From Vitrella brassicaformis CCMP3155 (taxonomy: Eukaryota > Protista > Chromerida): a DNA stretch of 64,000 bases. The notes beneath the pieces are model-generated. The model was given only the letters and a program-made list of their open reading frames with translations. It did no database searches and was not told where the DNA came from. The DNA lies in the NCBI GenBank assembly GCA_001179505.1, contig CDMY01000306.1:63916-127915 (forward strand), read 5' to 3'. The position numbers and the translations under genes are program-made. Positions 1 to 10,188 of this stretch are shown piece after piece. Position 1 is the stretch's first letter. Every line of letters begins with the position of its first letter.

Positions 1-579
1 GCTCCAAGGTCCACGTCATCCTGCCCATGAAAGGGGTACCGTACGCACGCATCCACCTCTCAAAAAGTGATGTGTCTATCGGTGTGTCTCTGTGTCTCTG
101 TGTGTGTGCAGGTGTGCGCTCAGATGTGCCTCACCGACTCGGTGCTGGGCTACATGCACCTCCCGTCAAAAACCGGTCGGTGCGTCCGTGTACCGTACGC
201 TGCGCATCTGTGTGTATATGTCCTGTCCACACACACCTGTCTGTCGTTCACACAGGTGTGTCCTTCGGCAGCTGCGCCGACGTCGACTACTCACACAGAG
301 TCGCCACACTCACCGGTCAACACACACACGCACACACACACACACACACGTATACACGAAACATGTGTGTGTGTGTGTCGGTCGTTTGTTTGCAGGTGAC
401 CTGAAGCCCGCCATCCCGACTCTCAAGATAACGCTGTTCGAGCAGACTGGAGAGGACAGACGCAGTGAGTGCCCTCACACACGCAGGTTAAGACGACACC
501 CGTGCCAGTGCACCGCTGGATGTGATGTGTGCAGATGAGCAAGAGAGGATGCAGTACGCCCGGCAGTACGCACATGGAG

Positions 580-613
<34 letters not shown>

Positions 614-3600
614 GGGCGTATACAGACGCCCACTGATTTAATTGACGGACACACACAGGCGAGTACAACCGCAATGGCAATGGCAATGGTTACTATGGCG
701 GAAATGGTGCAAGTGAGAACTACAACGGTCGAGTGGAGGGTCCGCTGCAGCGGGCCAGCGGAGATTTCGCCAACAGAATCAGAGCCGGTACGTGACGACC
801 ACTTGCACTTGTTTCCTAGCTGCACGTTCGTGTGCGCAAGCCTCTGGGCGTTCGTGTGTGTGTATGTGGGTCGATCAGCGTCCAACGGTCTTGACGTGCT
901 GGCGGCGTGGGACGGGTTCCTGAAGCAAGCTGACCAAAGTGAGTAGAGTGGATCAGTGCAAGCGTAGAGTCCGTGTGTGTGTGTGATGAATGAATGGGTC
1001 AGTCACCCAGCTGTCCATCGCCCCCACCGACAGCAGCCACTGTGTGGACCTATGTGCGATTGCCGGACAGGTAAGGCAGGCATCAGCGAGAGCGGACAGA
1101 AAGGAATGTGTGTGTTGTGTGTGTGTTGTGTGTGTGTTGTGTTTGTGTTGTGTGTGTGTTTGTGTGTTTAGGAGTGTGTGTGGGGGTGCATGGATCCGCT
1201 TGTCCGCGACCTCACACACCACATACTCGTCGAATCGAAATGCACAGAGTGAGTGGACGGATCCATGGGAGCACCCCCACACACAGGCGCAGATGCGCAC
1301 ACACATGCCTCTCTGTCTGTCTGTCTGTCTGCCTTTATGCGTGCAGCCTCTCGTTCCCCCGCAAGCGAGTGGATGTGACGCATGTCGGCCCACTCAGGTC
1401 AGGCACCCACAAGCAGGCTCATGTACTCATTCATTCACAAGTGTCTTTCTGTGTCTGTGTGTGGTGTGTCGCGATGTACGTCAGCGGTCTCTTCCACCCG
1501 GTCGCCATGGCTGTGTACCAGAAGGAGGAAGACGACAGCAGCAGCAGCCAAGACGAGCAGCAGTGGAGCGCATACAAGCAATCGGTGAGACATCTCGTCA
1601 ACACACACACACACACAGAGAAAGAGAGAGAGAGACAGAGACAGAGAGAGATTCTTATGTGGTGTGTGAATGGTCGTGTGTGCAGGTTGAGAGGTTTATG
1701 GAGGACGGTCAGTCTGCACCTAGCTGGGAGGCATTTCAGAAGCCCCTGCAGACATTCATGCTGGAGGCTTCCAGAGGTACGCACACACACATGGCCAGGC
1801 CCCGCCGAAGACCTCTGTGTCTGTGTGTGGCTGGGCTGATGTCTGTGATGTCTGTGTGTCTGTTCGTCCGTTTCGGCAGCGTGGCCGCCATCTGAAGCAC
1901 TGGACTCCTACGCGGACCCCAAACAGTGCATGTGAGTGACCATACAGGACACTCTCCCTCTCTCTGACACACACAGATGAATGTGTGTGTGTGTGTGTGT
2001 GTTCAGAGTGGTGCACCGCATCATGGGCAGCGAATGCCTGGTCAGTCAGTCAGTCTGTCAGTCTGTCTGCACACACACATCAACACGCATACGCGCGGTG
2101 CATTCGCCTTAATGTGTGTGCAGGAGACCTGTTTGCCCGAGAGCCTGATCGTCCTCTTCGAGCGAGGCACCTGCAAAGACGCCGGATACGACCAGCTGCA
2201 GGTAAGGTACCATGGGGACGCACTCGTGTGGGGCCGTGCGCATGTTGATGTGTCTATACGCTCAGTCATCTCTCTGTGTGTGTGCGTCTGTGTGTGTGTG
2301 TGTGTGATCAGGTGGTCGACGCGCTGATGACCACTTACAAAGGCACCGCCTACACGCAGAAGTTCTTCATCTACACCAAAGAAAAGCAGCAGCACCAAGA
2401 GCACCCGCTATACTCTCGTACGTGAAGTTGACGTGCGTCTCCTCCCCCCTCCACACACAGACACACAGACACAGACACAGACACAGACACACAGACACCA
2501 TTGATGTGCACGTGCTTCATTCAGGCGCTCTGAAGTCATCATCGTCTGATAAAGCTGACAGCCACTTTGTGATCCCGCCCAAGAAGGTGGCAGACGAGCT
2601 CAAGAGAGTCAACGAAATCAACGACACCAAGACGCCCTCCTTCTCTAATGGTCGGTGGCCTGGCCATTCACACGTCTGTTGCGCTGCGCGTACCTGCGTG
2701 TGTTGTGTGGCTGGGTGCGGTGCAGACAGCGGCGAGTTCCCCTCCTTCGAGCACTACGATCCCGTGCACCCATCTCACAAGGCCGATACCGACGCCGACA
2801 CACACAAGAAGGGCAAGAAGAGCAAAGCGAAGGAGGACGACAAGGACGAGAAGGACAAGAAGACAAAGCAGCCTAGGTATGTAGGCAAACTGTATGTATC
2901 GACACGTGACTGTGTCTGTGTGTGTCTCTGTGTGTGTAGCTATGGGTGGGAGAAGTTTCTGCCCAAGGGCTACGCCAAGGCTGCCAAACGCTCGTATGCG
3001 CCCACAAGTAAGCGACCCATATCATTCCCCCCTCCCTCCCTCGCTCCCTCCCTCCCTCCCTCCCTCCCCCCCAACGCACCTACACACACCTGACGTGCAA
3101 CACTCTCTCTGTGTCGCTGGATCAGCACCATCGCCCCAACAGCAGCAGCAGCAGCTGGCCGCCACACGCACTGGCACCCACACCCACAGCCAGCCACAGC
3201 CTGGCAGCAACCCGATGAAGTCGCCCGACTGGATCAAGTTCGTCCCTCAGGCTTACCGAAAACGGGTAACACTCTCGCACAGTGCACTCCTTGGTGCTTG
3301 TGGCCCATCCACGTGTGTGTGTGTGCGTGTGTGTGTGTGCGTGTGTGTGTGTGGTTGTCAGGCTGAGGACACCTTCAAGCTGGAGAAGAAGGAGGAGGCC
3401 TCACGCACCAGCCAGGGGCAGCACTCACAGCAACAAGACCAAACCAAAGCGAAGGAAGCCGCCGCCAAGGAAGCCCCTCTCCCACCCCCTCCCCCTCCCC
3501 CACCATGCCCACAATGCCCCCAATGCCCCCCTCCGCCACCTTGTCAGTGCCACTGCACGTGCCCGGAGTGCCCACACCCACAGCCACATGCACATGCACA

Positions 3601-4020
3601 TGCACACGAGCCCGAGCAGCCAAAGACAGAGGCGCCCACCACACACAAGAAGGCGGAGGCGGCAGCGGCAGCAGCAAAGCCGACGAGCAAGCCACGGAAG
3701 AAGAAAGAGGGAGAGGGAGAGGGAGAGAAGGAACCTGAGAAGGAAGCTGGCAAGGTCCCGCTCCCGCCCGCCCCTCTGCCTTTGGTGCCGGAGCATGTGC
3801 CCATACCCCCACCAGCAGCACCATCACCGCCACCGCCACCGCCACCGCCACCACCCCCTGCTGCTGCTTCACACCACAAGAAGAGCCACGCCACCACAAC
3901 GACCACCACTACCACCACTACCACCAAGGCGCCGGGGCCCTCCTTTGACGACGAATTTGTGAAGGAAGAGGCGGTATGCTGCACATATATGGATATATGG
4001 ATCGATGTGTGTCGTCATGT

Positions 4021-4052
<32 letters not shown>

Positions 4053-5199
4053 TCAGGAGTTCTCCAGCAGCCACAATGGGGACAACGGGAAGGGCAGCGA
4101 CAAGGCCCACCACCCGTCTGTGGTGCTGGTCGAGGACAGCGGCAAGAAACACGGGGATTACAAGAAGTTCCAGAAGCGCAACATACCCATCAAAGGCGTC
4201 CCCGGCTGGCAAAAGGTACCGTGTAGTCGCCCCCTCTGCCCCCCCCCCCCCCCCCCCCCCCNNNNNNNNNNNNNNNNNNNNNNNNNNNNNNNNNNNNNNN
4301 NNNNNNNNNNNNNNNNNNNNNNNNNNNNNNNNNNNNNNNNNNNNNNNNNNNNNNNNNNNNNNNNNNNNNNNNNNNNNNNNNNNNNNNNNNNNNNNNNNNN
4401 NNNNNNNNNNNNNNNNNNNNNNNNNNNNNNNNNNNNNNNNNNNNNNNNNNNNNNNNNNNNNNNNNNNNNNNNNNNNNNNNNNNNNNNNNNNNNNNNNNNN
4501 NNNNNNNNNNNNNNNNNNNNNNNNNNNNNNNNNNNNNNNNNNNNNNNNNNNNNNNNNNNNNCCCCCCCCCACCCCACACACGTGTCCATCATTCCTTCAT
4601 TCTTTTATCCATCAGTTCGTCCCCCCGAACTACCGGAAAGCCGCCAAGGCCACCCGCCACGCAGACGGATGGCCGCCAGAATCAGAGACCCTCGTCCGTG
4701 CGGAGGACCGTGACGCGTTCGGCACCACTGAGTCGTTCGACTGGAAGAAATACATGGGTGGGGGCAGCGGGGGGATGGGACCGGCTGCCAGTGGTGGGGG
4801 GGAGATGGGTGGGCAGCAGCAGGGGCGGTCTTTCTACGACTGGAGCAAGTATGCCGCTGATCCACGGGCAACCAAAGGTGCGTTGTGACGTGAGACCCTT
4901 TCCAGCCCAACACACCCCCTGTGTGCTGATGGATGGCATTGTTTTGTTCAGCAAGTGTGCAGCCGACGAGTCTTCTGGGCGTGTCTGGTGGGGATTGGCA
5001 GCACTTTGTGCCGAGCCAGACGCCGTCTGGGGGCAAGATGAGCAAGATGGACGAGACGACGTCGCCGGCGGCCAATGTGCAGAGGCAGGGCGGGCAGTAC
5101 TTCGACTGGCAGTCCTTTACCGACTGGATGGACACAAGTGCGGTCACGGGCAGACACACAGAGATGGACAGACAGCATGAGATGCAATTGTGGTGTGCA

Positions 5200-5235
<36 letters not shown>

Positions 5236-6030
5236 TGTGTGCAGACAGCAGTGGCTGGCAGGGCGCCTTCGTGAACAACAACGAGATGTACTGCAAGTTC
5301 GTCACCTGCCCCAAGGACCGGCCGCACTGCGTCTTCGGCAACTGCAGGGCACAGCCACTCACACCCGACGATGTGCCTAACACAACACAACACAACCCTG
5401 CTTATTCCCCAACTTAACACATTCACAGCCGCACACACACAGCAGCAGAGGGATGTGTGTGCGTGTGAATGCAGGCTGTCAACTTTAAGTGCCGGTGGGT
5501 GAGCTGTCCGCCCGACGCCGTGTGTGTCGACGGCAACTGTGTCAACGCCACGCAAGTCAACCGAACAGAGGCAGAAGGTCAGCAGGCCGACATGGGCACA
5601 CCCACACCGACCCACACCCACACACGCGGGTGTTCGTCAGCTGCCCGGTTAGGGTCGAGCAAGTTCGACTGGCAGGGATTTCTCGGAGGGAAAGGTCAGC
5701 CCCTTAGCCAACTCAGCACACACACCTCTACACATCATGACGTTGTGCTTATCCCATGCAGGCGGCTCAGCGCCTGACATCGACTGGAAGAAGCTCCAGG
5801 AGGAGGACCACAAGGCCGCCACTGCCAGTGCAAAGGCAGCAGACGAGCCGCCAGTGCCCACACCGGAGGAGATCAGCGCCGCGCTCAGGAGCGCCATTTA
5901 TCGGGCAGAGAAAACGGCAGACGGCCACAAGAGGCGAGATGCGAGTGACCCGATGGACTTTGTGCGGAAATCGGCACCATCTGGTGCTCGTGATGTTGGC
6001 CCAGACAAGTATGAGATCCGTCCGCTGTGA
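1..6030 (+). CDS. 5'-partial multi-exon gene: three copies of a ~60-aa Cys-containing module, then a Pro/Thr/Lys-rich region with recurrent W-x-x-F/Y motifs and two Cys-rich CxxxxCPxxxxCVxGxC repeats; function unknown
   Basis: More than 25 short exons joined at GT-AG sites give e.g. VCAQMCLTDSVLGY..GSCADVDY, ECVWGCMDPLV..SKCTDLSF, ECLETCLPESLIVLFERGTCKDAGY, then CKFVTCPKDRPHCVFGNC and CRWVSCPPDAVCVDGNC, ending PDKYEIRPL-TGA at 6030. GWQK|FVPPNY joins in frame across the N gap. One junction near 1776-1880 could not be phased. Confidence 0.7.
4262..4561. other. Assembly gap (300 N) flanked by poly-C, apparently inside an intron of the first gene
   Basis: N run preceded by a GT donor after GWQK and followed by an AG acceptor before FVPPNY. 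Confidence 0.95.
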
Positions 6031-6044
6031 GAGAGACTGTGGGC

Positions 6045-6560
6045 GGCTTTGGTGCGGTGTGGTTTTGTGTCGGTCGGTGTCGGTGTGTGTGTCTGTAAGT
6101 GAGGCAGAGAGATTGACTGCTGGTGTGTTTATGCGTATGTGCGTCTGTATGTGTCGATCGGTCGGCCGATTCGTGGGAGTGCCCTCTCTCTTTCTGCGGT
6201 GATGTGTGTGCGGTTTGTGGTGTGTGTGTCCGAGTCCATATCTGGTTGAGGCTTTTTCCCCATATATACCGATGTGTGTCTGTCTCCACACACACACATA
6301 TATACATATTTGTATATGACCGCTCTCTGTCGATTCAATCGGTCGGGTGAGTATGTCGGTGACCTCTGCAGAAGAAACGATGGTCGTGGGTGAGTGTGGG
6401 TGTGAGTGGTTTAGTCAGGAGAGACGGACACTTGATTGCCGACAGGCAATTTACACATACACGTGATTGATGCTATGCACCCATGGATGAGGTCAACGAC
6501 TGTCTCAATCCGTCCAGTCATTCCCACCGACCCCATGCGCACATCACTGTGATGTGCACA
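6045..6560 (+). repeat. Dispersed ~500 bp non-coding repeat, copy 1
   Basis: Shares long near-identical blocks (e.g. tcggtcgggtgagtatgtcggtgacctctgcagaagaaacgatgg, gagtggtttagtcaggagagacg) with ~9515-9990 and, inverted, ~36105-36530. Confidence 0.85.
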
Positions 6561-6747
6561 GGGAGCCCACCCCTTTGCATTGCACATGAATGTGTGTGAG
6601 TGTGCCTGTCTCTCTGTCTGCTGCGCACTCCTGGACACGCGCACTCATCAAAGACGCAAACGCATAACTAGTGTTTGGCCCCATCAGCACGTCAGCCGCC
6701 GCCCCGCCCCCCTGTCAATGGGAAAAAGCCTCCAGAAGCAGAGGGTC

Positions 6748-6769
6748 TAGGGTTTAGGGTGTAGGGTTT
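6748..6769. promoter_or_regulatory. Telomere-like (telo-box, TTTAGGG/AAACCCTA) motif just upstream of the ATG at 6796
   Basis: Sequence TAGGGTTTAGGGTGTAGGGTTT. Regulatory role is inference. Confidence 0.45.
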
Positions 6770-6795
6770 GCCCGCCTCACCGCCATCGGTGACGA

Positions 6796-8863
6796 ATGGC
6801 GCCAAAGAAACGGAAGAACAACGATGGAGCAGCCGGTGGTGAGTCCGCCACCGCCCCATCGCAGCTGCACTCCGTCACATGCGGTCGGGAGGAGGGTGAT
6901 GAGCTGCTCAAGGAGGCCGCCGGATACGTCGACGGCCTGAAAGAGGTGTTCACGACGACGGCATCCAAGGCCGACAAGGAGCTGGAGCAGCTGGCGGGCG
7001 AGATCAAGCAGCTGATCACAGACAACGGAGGCACCATCGAACCGCAGCAGACGAGCGGCAAGATGCAGCTCAACGTGGGCGGGCGGGTCTTTGAGATTGC
7101 CGTGACAGGACTCCTGCATCCCAAGATGAAGATGACTTACCTCTCGACGCTGCTGCTGCACTTCAACGACCAGCTACCCAAGGACGCCAATCAGCTGCCA
7201 TTCCTCGAGATGCATGCACCCTACTTCAAATGGCTGCGCGACCAGCTGGCGCTCCTGGAGAGCCGCCACCTCGACGAGATCACCCTCCATTCGCCAGAGG
7301 CCGGCGACCCATCGTATGCCGAGTACCATTCGCTGTTCATCACAAAGAAGCTGGGCGGCGACATACAGGGGCAGCGGTGGGCGCCTGGTGCATCGACAGC
7401 AGCAGCAGCGGCGGCGGCTGGAGGGCGAGGCGAGCAGCAGGATGTGGAGATGGCCGACGGCAACGGTGGTGAGGGTGGGCGCGAGGGGGGTGGTGAGGGT
7501 GAGGGCAGTGGCGATGGGGTGGGAGTAGATGAGGCGTTTGAGAAGACCGAGCGGTACATGAGCAACTATCGGCGGGTACGTGAGGGGCTGCAGAAGCAGA
7601 AGGAGGTCATGGAGGCCTTCCTGTCGGCGATGCGGCCGTTCGTCAAGGGGCATAGCAGCAATGAGGATATCGAGGTGTTGACGCTGACGGTGTGTGGGGA
7701 CAAGGTGTCGGTCCTCCGCCGCACCATCGCACCACTCGGACCAGACCATGCACTCGTCAAGCGATACAATCCGTAAGGACCGTAAGGCTGGGGATCTTGT
7801 CTGGTGTCCTATGTGCCTGTGTGTGTGTGTGTGTGTGTGCGTGTGTTTCTTCAGCGACGAGTGGCCCGACCAGGAGGCCCACCAGACGTCGCTCAAGTTC
7901 CTGCAGCTCGTCGTCGACTTCGGCCGCCGCCTGGTCATGCCGTCCGGCCGGTTTGTGCATCCGCCGGTGGTGGCGCCGCACGAGAAGGAGATGTTCGTCG
8001 TCGAGCTGGGCATGTACGGCCTCAACACGATGCCGCCAGTCGGTGAGGCGGCGGGGGCGTCCGCTGTGATCAAGACGGCCGACGAGTGGCTGGCGGTGAT
8101 GAAGATGACCGACAAGAAAATCGCAACGCCGCCATCGCTGCTGTACAAGTGAGCTGCAGCACTCACGCGCCACACGCGACAAGAAAATCGCAACGCCGCC
8201 ATCGCTGCTGTACAAGTGAGCTGCAGCACAGGCAGACGACAGGACGAGACCACATTGTCCTTCTGTGTGTCCATCAGGGGTAGTCGCGACACGTATGCCT
8301 TCCCCAAGATGCTCGAGTGTCTGGCCGACAAGAGCGGCCTGCTCTTCGCCCTCCGAGATGGCCACACACACCGATTCGGGGCCTTCATCGACGGAGAGAT
8401 CGACCCGCCCGAGGACAACACAAAGAGCAACCTCTACAAGGCGCCCGCCTTCTTCTTCTCGCTGTCGGGTGCGTACGAGACGCCGACCAAGATCGAGATC
8501 CCCGAGGAGAGGCAGTCAGTGGCGGTGGCCGGCACACAGGGGGCGGTGACCAACCGCAATGGCGAGCCGTGTGGGAACGTGTACATCGGTCGCGGCTCTC
8601 TCTGGCTGGGATTCGCCCAGCCAGGTCCGGCGGCCAACCTCAGCAGCTGCCAGCAGTGGATCGCGCGGGAGCACCTTCCGGCGGGATACAACGGGGCGAC
8701 CAACGAGCATGGCGAGGGCACATTGGCACAGTCCCTGAACTTCACGTGCGATGAGATGGAAATCTGGCAGGTGGGTGGGTGAGGGTAACGGAGGGCACAT
8801 ATCGTTGGCTGGCTGTGGACAGCACTGCTGCATGTGTTCTGTGTGCAGGTGGTGAGCGGCTGA
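6796..8863 (+). CDS. Tandem BTB/POZ-like plus TLDc domain protein, subfamily A copy 1 (intact)
   Basis: Exons 6796-7772, 7855-8148, 8278-8770, 8849-8863 join in frame. KKRK NLS-like motif; KCTD-type BTB start LNVGGRVFEI..LPKD..LPFLE; TLDc LLYKGSRD..FGAFI..FFFSLSG..LWLGF..FTCDEMEIWQ. Confidence 0.88.
8110..8228 (+). repeat. 52-bp direct duplication of an exon end plus its splice donor
   Basis: cgacaagaaaatcgcaacgccgccatcgctgctgtacaagtgagctgcagca at 8110-8161 and 8177-8228. Confidence 0.92.
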
Positions 8864-8959
8864 ACCGATCTGACAGCACACGTAGACAGCGGCCAAGGGA
8901 GGGTGAGACCACACAACACTGCAGCACACAGCATCACACACAGGAGGCAAGCCGACGCT

Positions 8960-8991
<32 letters not shown>

Positions 8992-9514
8992 TGTGTTTCA
9001 GGTGGTATGTGTAGACGGAGGGAGGAGGAGCCTTGCTGCAGCTTGATGGATGGCCGCAGTGTGTAGTTAGCTTGATAGCGGCTGACTCAGACCCGACAGC
9101 ATGACGGCCTTATGACGAATTCGTGTCCATGTGCAGACACGATCATGTGTGTGCGTGTCAACCTTTATCCACTGAGGCCTCGTCACTTGACAATCAATCA
9201 GAAAATTCCTGACACTCACTCATTTCATTCAATCCATCCATTCTGTCTGTCTGTCTGTCTGTCTGCGTGTGTCGTTCATTCTTCGTGTGTCAACGAGCCG
9301 GCCGCCACCTGATCCATGGTGTCTTAGCTCGAGACACCAGGCCAGGGATGAGGTCACGCCTCTGCGACAGATACACGAACAGCCGCCCAGCACGATGAGC
9401 ATCGACGTGCGTCTCACGACGGAGGCACATGCTCAGACAAGACAGACACGACTGCATGTAAGTGTGTTTTGGTGGCTCGATTGAGGGGGGGAGCCATGGC
9501 CATGGTCAGACAGG

Positions 9515-9990
9515 TCAGCGTTGCGCTGGTGTGGTTTTGTTTTGTGTCGATCGGTGTGTCGGTGTGTCGGTGTGTCGGTGTGTCTCCAAGCAAGGCCGAG
9601 ATTGGCTGTTGGTCTGTTTAAATTTATGTGTGCGTACACATACCGATCGATCGGTCGATCCGTGTGAGTGCACATATGTACATATGTATACCGATGTCTG
9701 TCTGTCTGCACACGTACACACACACAAATATACATATATCGCATTTGTATATGACCGCTCTGTCGATGCGATCGATATCTATCGGTCGGGTGAGTATGTC
9801 GGTGACCTCTGCAGAAGAAACGATGGTCGTGGGTGAGAGTGAGTGTGAGTGTGTTTGAGTGGTTTAGTCAGGAGAGACGAACACTTGATTGCCGACAGGC
9901 AATATACACACACACGTGATTGATGCGTCCACTCATGGGTCAGGTCAATGGCTGTCTCAACCCGTCCAGTCATCCACACCGATCTGATGT
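9515..9990 (+). repeat. Dispersed ~500 bp non-coding repeat, copy 2
   Basis: Direct similarity to 6045-6560. Confidence 0.85.
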
Positions 9991-10188
9991 GGACACAGAA
10001 AACAAAACGGAGAGCCGTTCCACCCACCGCTAATCAAACCGTTCGTATGCACACACAAAAAGGGTTCGTCACACACATGAACACATCAATGCCAACGTAC
10101 GATGTTTGTCAAAACTGCATGGATGCGTCAGGGGGGGCCGCTCGCTGTCTGTGCACACTTCTACGGTTGTCCCCCTGTCCATCCTCAA

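Noticed and set aside
4239-4570. Poly-C/poly-G tracts as G-quadruplex elements
   Set aside because: They border N gaps, so their length and context are unreliable; most likely the cause of the assembly break.
7174-8430. 418-aa minus-strand ORF, and similar long ORFs at 33840-34841 and 38906-39577
   Set aside because: Antisense to GC3-rich coding exons, runs through introns, no recognisable motifs.
6045-9990. LTR retrotransposon interpretation of the direct repeats around the first TLDc gene
   Set aside because: No gag, RT or integrase, no TG..CA termini, PBS or target-site duplication that I could identify, and the enclosed gene has introns.
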